Shown piece by piece: positions 33,293 to 45,062 of a DNA stretch of 61,730 nt. The notes under the pieces were generated by a model. It was not told the origin of the DNA. It ran no database searches and was given only the letters and a program-made list of their open reading frames with translations. Made by a program: the position numbers and the translations under genes. The stretch comes from Salisapilia sapeloensis CBS 127946 (lineage: Eukaryota > Protista > Oomycota). Within the stretch, counting starts at the first letter, position 1; each line of letters starts with the position of its first letter. The stretch spans positions 1-61,730 of the forward strand of contig JAADVB010000096.1 of the NCBI GenBank assembly GCA_023334545.1. Direction: 5' to 3'.

Positions 33293-34402
33293 ATGTCGTC
33301 TACGAATCTTTCCCGGGAGTATCGACTCGTGAGGCTCACGAGAGAGGAGCTGCTGGTCCAGTGTAAGGAGGACGACTATGAGCATTGGGGCGCACCGATA
33401 CTGACGGCAGAGCAGTGGCAGGAGAAGGAAGCCCGACAGCGAGAGACGCGCTTTTCACGAGATCGCATCACATTCTGGGCACTCGTCCCCAAGCGCAGTG
33501 CCTCTGATACATTTGACACTGACACGGATCTTATCGTTGGGGAGGATCCGATCTGTTGCCATTGCAAAGTCCATCTCTTTGACTGCGTATTTCGCTCGTC
33601 GGAAGGACAGGTGAAAACCGGGTACTCGCACCAGATCGGCTCTGTCTTCACCTCGCCAGCGTACAGAAAACGTGGTCTAGCGTCATTCTTCCTTCTTTCC
33701 CTCGCGAAACGCTTGGAACAGATCCCAAACACGTATGCTTCAGCCTTGTACTCGGACATTGGTCCTCACTTTTACGACCGATTAGGATGGAAGTGCTATC
33801 CGAGTAAAGAGGCGACGATAGCAGTATCAAGCACGAAGGCAATACCAGACGCATTAAAAGCTAGTGGAGAGAAACTGTTTTTAAATGACCGACTGGACCA
33901 CGTGCTCGAACGCGACAACAAAAAGATGCAAGAGACACTCGACTCAGACTCTTTCAATGAAGAAGCGTTTGCGATCTTGAGTTCTCGAGACATGCTCGAG
34001 TGGAAACTATGTACTGGACCCGTCTACGCCCGTGCGGCAGGGTTGGACCAAGTGCCGACACAATGCGGTGTCTACGTGGACGACGCCGCCTTTGTGACGT
34101 GGTTCCATCTATTCAAAGAAGCCACATTGTACATCCTCCACGCTCGCCTGCCTGAAGGCAGTATAGACACTGCCTTATACCTCTTGCAGTCTGCACAGGA
34201 GGAGGCGCGTAGGTATGGTCTGACAAGTGTCAAGCTGTGGTCCCCTCCGTCGATCCTGCAAAGCAAGGACGTTACCAGTAACTTGGACATTGACTTTCAC
34301 GATCGAGACCGTAGTCTATCGAGTGTCATGTTCTTTCCACAACCGACAGCGGATAGACCGTCGCCTGAGTGGCTCTTTAACGAAAAGTACGCATGGGTCT
34401 AG
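33293..34402 (+). CDS. GNAT-family acetyltransferase (LYC1-like), paralog 2
   Basis: Collinear with 30783-31910: IGSVFTSPAYRKRGLAS, ALYSDIGPHFYDRLGW, WLFNEKYAWV. Confidence 0.85.
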   Translation: MSSTNLSREYRLVRLTREELLVQCKEDDYEHWGAPILTAEQWQEKEARQRETRFSRDRITFWALVPKRSASDTFDTDTDLIVGEDPICCHCKVHLFDCVFRSSEGQVKTGYSHQIGSVFTSPAYRKRGLASFFLLSLAKRLEQIPNTYASALYSDIGPHFYDRLGWKCYPSKEATIAVSSTKAIPDALKASGEKLFLNDRLDHVLERDNKKMQETLDSDSFNEEAFAILSSRDMLEWKLCTGPVYARAAGLDQVPTQCGVYVDDAAFVTWFHLFKEATLYILHARLPEGSIDTALYLLQSAQEEARRYGLTSVKLWSPPSILQSKDVTSNLDIDFHDRDRSLSSVMFFPQPTADRPSPEWLFNEKYAWV

Positions 34403-34457
34403 TAGCTCAGGAAGAAAATATATCGCGCAGTCTTCACAAACTTAACTCCAGCCTTCC

Positions 34458-35560
34458 TCATGCCTTTACAGCATCCGATTTCGCATCATCAGATCTACCA
34501 AAGCGAGCAAGCAGTCCGTCCAAGTCGGACGTGTACATTTCCATCGCCGCCAACTGGACGTCGAGGTCGGTGGAAGCGCCAGTTAGATCCTGTAGACACG
34601 CTTCCTGGAGCTCTGCGTTCCGGTCTCGGATGCCAAGGTCCAGGATGTCATTCTGGAGGAAACCGACAGTGTCATTTGGCCTTGGAGAAGCGTCCTCTAC
34701 ATCATCACTCGATGTCGGAGCAAGAGCTCTGGCGATGTTACACCGTGGTCCATCCCTTTTACCCATCCGACTGGACGTCCGACGGAGAGAACCAAGTAGA
34801 GCCTCGCTGTTCTTTTCACAATCCCGTATCTTGCTCTCGTACTCTTCTTGGACGCGTGTCAAGTCCTCGGATGCTCTTGGCGTATACTCCGGAACGCTTG
34901 CTTCCATCTTCTCCAAGTACTCTTTCGATTTTGCATCTTGCTGTCGCCTCCACTCTCCAAGCTCCTGGATAGTTTGATCCATCAAGGAGAGCGTCGCATC
35001 CGCATCCACATCGTCCTCTTCGATCGGTAACGACGGAAGCAGCACGCTCGAGGTCGTCTCTACTACCTTTTGGTTCGGTGCTGCCAGTGCATCGATGCTG
35101 CCTAGTAACTTTGTCACTGGATCAGGTACTGCGGTAGACTCGACTGTGTCTGCTTCCTCCTTCATACTAACTGGACTGGTTACGAGAGGTGGTAGGCGGG
35201 TCGGATGCTGTCGCTTTCGACTTGGAAATAGCTTCCGCTTTAGCTTTGCAAACTTTGACACTTGAGGTGGATGTGGTAGTGGTAGAGCGTCTGCATTACC
35301 ATCAAGAGACGGTCGATAGGTAGTTCCACTTCCATTGTCGTGACCACTTTGCGTGTCATCTTGATTCGATCCAAAGATCATCTACATAACCCACAAGTCA
35401 GTCTCCTTCTGACGCTACGCCAAGACACCTTTGCAATGAGACAAACCTGCACGAGCACTCTTCCTTGATGTGGCGGGTGTGGTCTCGAATACGACGAGCA
35501 TGCTACCTGACCAACTTGATGTCGCTCATCCTTGGTCCAGCCATCCTGTTGGCCTGCCAT
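34458..35560 (-). CDS. Hypothetical protein with coiled-coil C-terminus; 5' exons uncertain
   Basis: 307-aa ORF 34458-35381 is preceded by an AG acceptor. Short upstream exons from an ATG at 35560 are plausible. Confidence 0.55.
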
Positions 35561-35910
35561 ACTCGGTCTACTTTTGAAACGCAGCCATGCCTATTCTTGT
35601 CTAGATAGAGGATGATTGGCCTACTGAAACGGACGCAAGACTAGATGACAGGTAGAAAGAGGATGCAAAGTCCCATCACCAAATGGGATGCGTCGATTCA
35701 TATGGAGGATTGAAACGGATGCAAAAGAGACTAGACTGTATGGCGAGACGAGTAGACTCTTCGCAAGTAGCCGCCGCTCGAGAGATCCCATCTTGTATGA
35801 GCAAGTGCAAACGACCTTTCGATCCGTCGCCACGAGCCGTATGCGATCATATTCGAATTAGCTTCCTTTCCGCCTACATCAATTTCCGTGTATTGGGCAG
35901 CTAAGCAGTC

Positions 35911-37656
35911 ATGGTTTCTAAAGTCGTGTCTGTCCTCGCACTGGCCGGACTGACGCTTGCACTATGCATCCAACTCGCATCGGCTGAGTGTCCAAACGGA
36001 TGCTCTGGCTTCGGGTCATGTTCCACAAAGGACATGTGCGAATGCTACAAGAACTACCAGGGCAACGACTGCAGCGAACGAACGTGCCCGTTTGGATATG
36101 CTCACATGGACACCCCGAAAGGTGACATTAACTTTGATCTGGATCGCAAAACCGACGGCTGGATCCTCACCAACTCGCAGCAGTTCCCAGCGGGAACGTA
36201 CGAGTACTTTTACCCGGACGCGCCCGATGGCACGGCACACTACTACATGGAGTGCAGCAACAAGGGTCTGTGCGAACGTGAAACTGGATTGTGTCAATGC
36301 TTTGAAGGCTACGAAGGAAGTGCGTGCCAGCGTACTGCTTGTCCGAACCGGTGCTCGAGCCAAGGCACGTGCGAAAGCATTCGGGAACTTGGTGTCAAAG
36401 GAGGTGGTACATTACAGAACACCGTCAACGATCTAGGAAAGCTCTCGTATGACTTGTGGGACGCCAACGTGACGTACGGATGCCGGTGCGACCCGTGGTT
36501 CGAAGGTCCGGACTGCTCACTGCGGTCATGCAAAGTAGGCGTGGACCCGCTCTACAAAGGCGCTGGGACGGCTCGATACGAAACGTTTGTCTTCCACGCT
36601 GCGACATCAACCGGGGCTTCTGCTCATGCGAGTACGTGGTACATGCGCTTGCGCTTGTTCGACTACTACGGTGAGCCGTACCTGACGGAGCGCATTCCAG
36701 TCACAGATGACTCATCGGTCGATGGATCTGCAGGTGTCGAAAAGGCGATTGAGGCGATTCCGAATCAACCGTTCCGGGATGTTACGTGCGGTAAGCCAGG
36801 CTCGGGGGCCGGTGTGCTCGTACATAAGTCGACTCGACCGGCAAGCGTCGGCATGTCCGTTGCATGTCGATTCAATACGAACCCTGGCCCACTGCGGTTA
36901 CCAGAGATGGCCGAAATCTACCTCGGCGACGGCAACGCTGATGAGAGTATGATCGTGACGACGCAAGAGCAGGGTGAGCTCACGGACTGGTTTATGACGG
37001 AAACTGAGTACGAAGTGACCGCTATTAGTGCTGATGGTGCAACCGTAACCGTCCAGCACCTTGCCGACACGCCTGTGTTCACCGCTGTTACGTTCGCCGA
37101 GCACCAATTCATCCGCATTGGATCTCACATCGTCGTGATCGGTGCCCTAGCGGGATCCAATTATGAAATACCGATCAAGTTCCCCATCAAAGACGCGGAT
37201 ATTGAAAGCGAAAAGGTCTTCATAGCGACGCCCAACTCGGGCGATACTCACTTTACCGGGCTGGTGCTCCCGGCGGTCGTTGGGACTGTTGGTGTCGGCG
37301 GCACTCAAGTGTCCTTTGCCACTGCTGGGCCACCTGACGTCTCGGCCACAGCCAGTCTTGGCGACTTGCTCTTCATCGCGAACCAATTTTTCAAAATCCA
37401 GCGCATCGTCGACGACGGTACCAACGACATCATCGATCTGGACCGTCCGTTCGGCGGCCTGACCTCCACCGGTGGTACTTATACGGGCGGAACCGACGCT
37501 GAGCCGTACCTGGTATCAATGCCAGATTCCAACGCCTTCACGTATGTATCCCCGTGCGCCGGCCGAGGTCTCTGTACAACGGAAACCGGTGTCTGCGACT
37601 GCTTCCGTGGCTACACTAGAGACAACTGTGAAGGCCAGAGTATCATGGCCTTCTAG
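35911..37656 (+). CDS. Secreted EGF-like-repeat tubular mastigoneme protein (Sig/Ocm-type family)
   Basis: Signal peptide, then CPNGCSGFGSC..CECYKNYQGNDCSERTCPFG, ECSNKGLC..TGLCQCFEGYEGSACQR, YDLWDA, and a C-terminal EGF unit CAGRGLC..TGVCDCFRGY. This is the layout of stramenopile mastigoneme proteins. Confidence 0.85.
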   Translation: MVSKVVSVLALAGLTLALCIQLASAECPNGCSGFGSCSTKDMCECYKNYQGNDCSERTCPFGYAHMDTPKGDINFDLDRKTDGWILTNSQQFPAGTYEYFYPDAPDGTAHYYMECSNKGLCERETGLCQCFEGYEGSACQRTACPNRCSSQGTCESIRELGVKGGGTLQNTVNDLGKLSYDLWDANVTYGCRCDPWFEGPDCSLRSCKVGVDPLYKGAGTARYETFVFHAATSTGASAHASTWYMRLRLFDYYGEPYLTERIPVTDDSSVDGSAGVEKAIEAIPNQPFRDVTCGKPGSGAGVLVHKSTRPASVGMSVACRFNTNPGPLRLPEMAEIYLGDGNADESMIVTTQEQGELTDWFMTETEYEVTAISADGATVTVQHLADTPVFTAVTFAEHQFIRIGSHIVVIGALAGSNYEIPIKFPIKDADIESEKVFIATPNSGDTHFTGLVLPAVVGTVGVGGTQVSFATAGPPDVSATASLGDLLFIANQFFKIQRIVDDGTNDIIDLDRPFGGLTSTGGTYTGGTDAEPYLVSMPDSNAFTYVSPCAGRGLCTTETGVCDCFRGYTRDNCEGQSIMAF

Positions 37657-37861
37657 ACACCTCTCTAGCCGACCGTCTGTGCCACGCTCCCTAGCTTACC
37701 AACAGATACGAATAAACATTACATTCACCTTGCACTCCCTTCTATCCTCTCCATCCCTCCCCCGAACCGTACAATAAAGAGTAGCAAACGTTGCGTGCAT
37801 TTATTCTCTCAAGTAGCCTGCAACTCTAGATCCTGAACACGAGACGCAAGAGTCCGTCGCA

Positions 37862-39747
37862 TCAAGCGCCGCCTCGGCCGCGGAAGGCGCGCACGCCGCG
37901 TCCGCCGCCCATGCCGCGCATGCCCTGGCCGCCCATCGCAGCGCTCATGGGCTGTCCACCGGGCGCGCCTCCGGCCTGCGGCTGCTCCGACTTGGGGTTG
38001 CGCACCGTCTCGTCCACCGACAGGATAAGGCACGCAGCCTCTGTCGCGGCGGCGATCGAGTTGATCTTGTTCGCCGCCGGCTCCCACACGTGCGACTCGT
38101 ACGTGTCGCAGATGCCTCCGGTGGCCAGGTCGACGCCAAACCACTTGCCTGCCTCGGGTTCCTTAAAGTGCTTCTGTCGAAGCTGGTTCAGGACGTCCGT
38201 GGCGTCATGCCCAGCGTTCTCGGCCACTTGCCTCGGGATTATCTCAAAGGCCTTGGCGTAGGCGTTCACGAGCAACTGGGCCTTGCCTTCGATCGTCCGA
38301 GCGTACTCTTGCAAGTGGCGTGACACTTCCATCTCGACAGCTCCGCCGCCAGCAACGATCGTGGAAGACGCGACGGCTCGCTTGACGACCATGAGCGCAT
38401 CGTGGACGGACCGGTTGGCCTCTTCGATGAACTGCTCGGCGCCTCCGCGAAGGACGATGGTGGCGCTCTTGGCCTGACTGCACTCCATAAAGATGTTGTA
38501 GCGCTCGTTGCCTACCTGTCGCTCTTCGAAGCGGCCGCACGTGCCGAGGACGGACGGTGCCATGTCGTGCACGGACGTCTGGACGACACCACCAGTGGCT
38601 CGCAGCGTACGCTCCATGTCGTCCTGCGGGACTCTGCCGGCGCAGAAAAGTCCTCTGTCGGCAAAGTACTGCGTCGCCAAGTCTCCGATCGGGAGCTTGG
38701 ACAAGATGATCTTGGCGCCAGTCTGGACGCATAACTCGAGCTTTTCGTAGATGATGTTCCACTCGGCGTCGACGATCGACTGGTACTTTTCCGGGTCATC
38801 GATGCGCACTTCCGCGTTCTCCTTTTCCGACTTGAGCTCCAGCTCGACGTTCAAGAGGAGGATCTTGGGGTTGTCAAACGTCTTGGGTTGCTGCTCAAAG
38901 CCAGCGTAGGAAAACGTCTTTTTAAACGCCACGCCGTTGACGAGGAAAGAGTCGCCGACAGATCCTCCCTGCACCTTTTTCATACCGACCATGCTAATGT
39001 CCAAGTCTTCATCGAGACTCATGATCGCATCCACCACCTAGAAGACATCATGAGGCTTTTGAAACAAAAAGGGATACAAACGAGACTACCATGGGCGAGA
39101 AGAAGGGCTTGTGTCGAGAAATGAGCTTCGAGTTGAGCGCTGTGCCAGCCACGCGTTCGAGCATCTGCCGCCGCCCGACTTGATCCGACTCGGCGATCCG
39201 CACCTCCATCTCCTTGATCTTCTGGACGGCCAGTTGACTCGCCTTACGGAAGCTCTTGATGATCATCTGTGGGTGCATGCTTTCTTCGATGAAAGGCTTG
39301 GCGAGGCGCATGAACTCGGCGCCCAGGAGCACGACGGACGTGGTGCCGTCGCCGACTTCGGCGTCCTGGGAGAGCGAAATGTCCACGAGCGTCTTGGCAG
39401 CCGGGTGGACAACATCTAGCAAGTTCATGATCGTCGCGCCATCGTTCGAGATCGTCGTCTGTGTCCTCTCCATTAGATATCTCTTGCTATCCTTTGGATT
39501 ATATACATGTATCATACCTTTCCGTTGGCATGCACGAGCTTGTCCATGCCTCTAGGTCCTAGCGTCGTCCGGACGGAATCCATGACGGCCTGGCAGGCAT
39601 TGATATTGCTAATGAGCTGCGCCTTGCCCTGACTTGTGTCCGTGCCTTCCTTTAGAAGGATGATTTGTGGTTGCTAGAGACATACACGTGCCTAAGCTTT
39701 ATCCAATATGACTAGTACGTAGCTAGACGTACCATCATGGTCGACAT
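37862..39747 (-). CDS. CCT7: T-complex protein 1 subunit eta; multi-exon
   Basis: MSTMM|[85 protein letters not shown]. Confidence 0.95.
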
Positions 39748-39867
39748 GCTGGCGAGAGGAAGGCGGAAGGTCGCTCGGTCCTTTCGATTGGTTTTTGCTG
39801 GATACCAAAAGTATTCTGTCTCCAGATGACATCTACGGTACTTGTGTCCATCGACCACCGCAGAGTC

Positions 39868-40862
39868 ATGGCCGCCAAGACCCTGTACAAGTGCCTCGTG
39901 CGAGATGCAAAGGAACTGGGCAAAATACAAGCCTTCCATCTACGCAGTCCCTTGGAGGTGGAGCAGTGGGGAATCGGATACCCTCTGCAGCTTCCGACGT
40001 CAGGAGCACATGCGAATGTCCAAAGTATCTCGTCACTCGAAGAGATTTATGAACTACGTGAGAATGGCGGCTTTAACCACAAGACTGGTGATATCGATCT
40101 CGTACGATGCATCCAAAGAGCCTTTCGACAGAATGCTAGTCTCTCGGACCCAAAGGTACGATGTCGAACTAGTGCAAGGCATGCACGTAGGAACTGACAA
40201 GACAGGATAGATGATCAGTGACAAGCTAGACGAAGCCATGCAGTACGCTCTCTTCACTCAAGACACTCTACCCAGTCTACTCACATCTATATGTCCGCTA
40301 GAGCGATGCACGAGCTGTCCGACCAACGCCGACTCGCCAACGCCACGACAGGTACAGCCTCCATCTCCATCTGTCCTCTACCAAAGCCTACAGCCTTGTC
40401 TAGTCACCACGACGGAAGGACTGCGCATTGAAGCCACGAGCCAGTATATTCCAGAGTTCTCCGTCCCAGAGAACGACAACTATCGCTTCACATATCGCAT
40501 GACGATCACGAACGAGAGTACCTTGTCCATCTTTTTTCCCCCACCAACATACTAACACCACTACGATAGACCCAACCGACAGCGTCCACATCTCCGGCCG
40601 ACAGTTCACGTTCGAAAGCGTCAAAGGCTTCAGACGCTCGCTCCCGAGGCACTCGCCAGGTATCGTCGGACACACCCCGACGCTCCTCCCAGGACAAACC
40701 TTTCAGTACGCCAGCGGCGTCGACATTGACGCTCCCCTCGGCTCTGTCCAAGGCTGCTTACACGCCATTCGGACGCCGAAAGACGGAGATGACAGCCAGA
40801 GCATGGAGTTCGACGCCGTCGTGTCCAAGTTTCCACTCATCGCGACGCAAGTAGAAACGTGA
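39868..40862 (+). CDS. ApaG-domain protein; multi-exon
   Basis: TTEGLRIEATSQY..YRFTYRMTITNE and GIVGHTPTLLPGQTFQYASG (ApaG signature); short introns; TGA at 40860. Confidence 0.8.
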
Positions 40863-40930
40863 TAAACCGACAAAAGAGATTTGTATTGCTCTCAACCTAC
40901 CAACGTCCACTCTCCTTGTCTTCCTATCTC

Positions 40931-42892
40931 CTACTCCACTAGCGTATGGTATGCCGGGTAGTACATCTGCGACTCAATGTAGCTCTTGAGAGACGCGCCG
41001 CGACGGATCTTGGGCCGGAACGTCGCCACTTCGTCGTCCAGAGCACACTGGACCACCGCCGTCGCCACGTGCAGAGACACCTCTCGGATGTTCTCGACCG
41101 TCGGGAAGACGCGGCCGCCAGCCTTCTCTTCGTCCGACACGCACTCGGCCAGAGACTTGGCGGCGGCGTACAGCATACGGTCCGTCACGCGCGTCGGAGC
41201 ACACGCGACGCACGCGAGGCCGATGGCTGGGAAGATGAACATGTTGTTGCACTGACTCACCTCGTATGACCCGCCCTTCCACTGCACTGCGTCGAACGGA
41301 CTGCCGCTCGCGAACACACAGCGGCCGTCCGTCCACTCGTACGCCTGCGCAGCCGTGCACTCGGCCACGCTCGTCGGATTCGACAGCGGGAACAAGATCG
41401 GGCTCTCCACGTGCTTGGCCATCTCCCGCACGGCTTCCTCCGTGAACGCGCCCTTCGAGGCACTGAGGCCCATGAGCATCGTCGGCTTCACCTCTCGAAT
41501 CAAGTCCACGAGCGGCGTCTTGTCCGCGACGTCCGGCCGAGCAAAGTAACGCTGACCAGAGTTCAGATCCGATCGACCGGACCCGAGGAGACCGTGCTGG
41601 TCCAGCACGTAGAACTGCTTCCGAGCGTCGTCCGCAGACATGCCTTCCTGCAGCATACCCTGCAGCAATGTCGTCGCGACGCCCAGGCCGGCGCTGCCGG
41701 CGCCCAAGATCACGATCCGCTGCTCCTTGAGCGGCACGCGCACCCGGTCGCACGCAGACAGCGTCCCGGCGAGCACGACGGCGCCTGTGCCTTGGATGTC
41801 GTCGTTGAAGCAGAGCTGCTTGAGCCGATAGGCGTTCAGGACGTCCGCCGCGTGCTGGCTGCTAAAGTCCTCGAACTGGACGAGCGCCCGAGGCCACCGG
41901 TGTCTCACGGCGCGGAGGAATTCGTCGATCATAGACCAGTAGGCCTCGCCCGTGAGACGCGGGTGCTGCGAGCCGAGATAGAAGGGGTCTTTCAAGAACT
42001 TTTCGTTGTTCGTGCCAGTGTCCAGCACGACCGGGAGCACTTTCCGAGGGTCGATGCCTGCCGCAGCAGTGTAGAGCGCCAGTTTCCCAATGGGAATGCC
42101 CATGCCGTTGACGCCAAGGTCACCGAGACCCAGGATCCGGCTGCCATCCGTCACGACGATCACTTGGACGTCGTCTCTCGGCCAGTTGTGGACCATCGCA
42201 CCGAACTCGCCACGATCGGCAGAGCTAAAGTACATGCCTCGGGGACGACGGAAGACGCTGCCGAACTTTTGGCAGACCTGGCCGACCGTCGGCGTGTACA
42301 CGATCGGCGCCATCTCTTCAATATGCTCGATGAGCAGGCGGAAGAAGAGCGTTTCGTTCCGGTTCTGCAGGTCCGACAGGAAGATATTCTTGCGGAGAGG
42401 GTCCGCCTCTTCCTTGTAGATCTCATACAGCTTCTTCAGCTGCAGATCCAAGTCCAGGCGTCTCGGAGGCACCAGTCCTCTCAGGCCTGCAATTCGCATG
42501 AGTCTACAAGCGTAAAGACGACGTATGGATTCGAAAGATACCTAGACGATCACGCTCCGTGGCTGTAAAGCCCGTGCCTTTGTTGTACAGAGGGTCATGC
42601 ACCTGCAATAGACACCCAGGTTACCACTCCTTCCTTCCTACGAAACAATATAGAAACGCACGATGCTGATGCCTTTCATCCCAGCTTTCACAGGCGGACG
42701 GTACTTTGGCACTTTGTCCACGAGGTCCTTGACAGACGCCTCCGCGAGCTCCTCCTCGGCCGTCGGGTCGCCTGTATGTCCGTTCTCACTGAACCATCTA
42801 ACACTAGTTGCACGTGCAACTGGTGAGGAGGCAATGCGACGCAGCTGGAGCGTCTGGCCGCGGCTGATGCGAGCTCGGAGGCTCGAGGACAT
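40931..42892 (-). CDS. Malic enzyme with probable mitochondrial transit peptide; multi-exon
   Basis: DPLYNKGTGFTATERDRL, PIVYTPTVG, VTDGSRILGLGDLG, QFEDF, FNDDIQGT, GAGSAGLG, FPLSNPT; Arg/Ser-rich N-terminus. Confidence 0.95.
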
Positions 42893-43024
42893 GGCGATTC
42901 GTGTGGTGCTGGCGATGTGTCCGATCGTAGATTGGTATCCAAGCTGCCGAGGGTTGCGCAAGCATAGTGAAATCCAGTCGAATTGTAAAACCATACTTTA
43001 ACTAAGTCAGAGAGCAGTATCAGG

Positions 43025-44969
43025 ATGGGCCTCCTACGGCTTATTGGCGACGCTCGGGCGAGTGACGGAGATAGTGACGAGGATACGAGGCGCAGTCGGC
43101 CTTGGGGGAATGAAGATAGTCGGAGAGAGGAGGCTGGTGGAGGAGATACAGGCCATTCGCGAGACGCAGGTGGATTCCAGCCAGATCCGATCGATGAGCA
43201 GGACGAAGACGGTAGATGACTTCTTTCGAGCGATATCGAGCGCTTCCGATCGTATTTGACAAATGTACATGCAGATATGATGATGCAGCCGAATCCTGCC
43301 GATGAAGACTGGCGTTATCAACTCCATGCAGAAGACCCGGTGGATGCCCAGAACGTCTTTGGGAACTGGTGTCCAGCCATGATACGACAGGTCCCAGTCT
43401 CCATCCTCCTCTTCTCTCCTCACCACTAATTCCAGATCCACCTAGATCTTACAAGGTGAAGCACAGGTCCATTTCCTCAACATGAATGCGTCCTGGATGC
43501 GGTGGCTTCCCATCGACTCTGGCCAGCTCGCAGCTCCGGCGACGAAGACCAAACAAGACAGCATCCCGATCCGAGTCGCGCAGCCAGTGGAAGTGCGGCG
43601 AGGGCAAAGCGATAGATGGAAGCAAGGGATTGTCGTACGAACCAAGTCGCAAGAGATCCTGGTCCGATACGCTGGCTTGAACCGGCATCACGACGAATGG
43701 ATAACGTTCAACCCGTCGACCGTCGCGCCTCTCGGAGAACACCTGCAAGCTCGGAACCTATCTCTCCATCGCCAGCTGAGCGCCACGACACCCAGCATCG
43801 CCCACGATCGAGTCATCCAAGAGACGAACCCTCGCTTCCGACACTATGAAGAGGCGCTGGGAAGTCGCGGTCTGTCCATCTTCCACGTCCAAGGCGACGG
43901 CAACTGCTTGTTCCGAGCCGTCAGCCACCAAGTGTACGGTCGAGACTCTTGTCATGGTGTCACCCGAGCGTGCTGCATGGACTACATGGAGAGCGAGAAG
44001 GAGTACTTTGAACCGTACGTTGTTGGGGACATGACAGCCTTCCTCCAGTACGTTGGTCGCAAGCGTCGGAATGGCGTCTGGGGAGACGATCCAGAGATAC
44101 AGGCCATGTGCGAACTGTACGACCGACCGGCAGAGGTGTATGCGTACGACCCGGTGGACGGTGTCCGGAAGCTACGGAGTTTCCATGAGAACGGCGCGAG
44201 GGAGCGAAACCGCCCTCCTATTCGGTAGCTCTTTGTCTTGTGCATGTGTAGGACTAGTGGCTAATGGATGAGCGTAGACTCAGCTACTATGGAGGAGGGC
44301 ACTACGACTCGGTCGTTGGGCCGGATCACGCTCGTAACTGCCTAGACGAAGCGCCTGGGCAAGTGGAACGACGTAGGATCGCGTACGTCCATCGGAGGAA
44401 TGCAAGGGAGGTGGATGACACCATGGGCGTAGCGCAGCAAGTGCAGGACGAGTCGGATCGCGCCAGTACGGAAGATGCTCAGCTGGAGCATATCCTCATG
44501 GTACGGTCCTCCACCTCTTCCTTCCCCTTTATGCATCTCATTCGTATCGTAGCTCTCTCGAAAAGAATTTGACGCCATGAACTCGAATCTGGAAGACACG
44601 CTGCACGACACACTTGCACGTAGCAGCTCTGCGTCTGGCTCGAGTGAGTATGCACAGGCAGCGTTCGAGAGCGACGTCCAGTCGACGCAGGAAGACTTGA
44701 TCGCTTCGGCCAAGAAAGCGTCGGAGGAAGAGCAGCTGAACAAGGCAATGGAGGCTTCCCTCGGATCGTACGCAGACCAGGACATGCACGCAGCCATCCA
44801 GGCGTCTCTCGAGGACAGACGCGACGACTCGAGTGCAGACGAAATGGAGCGCGTGATGCAACTCTCTGCGCAAGAATACGCCTATAGCGGCATGAGCAGA
44901 GACGACGCTACGAACGCCGATGAGCTGGATGAGCTCCAACGCGCTATCCAGGCGTCTCTGCAGCAGTAG
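43025..44969 (+). CDS. OTU deubiquitinase (OTUD5-like) with two N-terminal Tudor/chromo-barrel-like modules and C-terminal UIMs; multi-exon
   Basis: GDGNCLFRAVS catalytic Cys, WGDDPEIQAM, LSYYGGGHYDS. Barrel-like QVHFLNMNASWMRW and ILVRYAGLNRHHDEWI. UIM-like EEEQLNKAMEASL and DELQRAIQASL. Confidence 0.85.
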
Positions 44970-45062
44970 ACGCCGCCGCCTAGTCGAGCCAGATGCAAGT
45001 GGTTTAAAGGAAAACGAATCATTATTACCCACTTTCACTCTACGCCCCATGTCCCTATCTCC

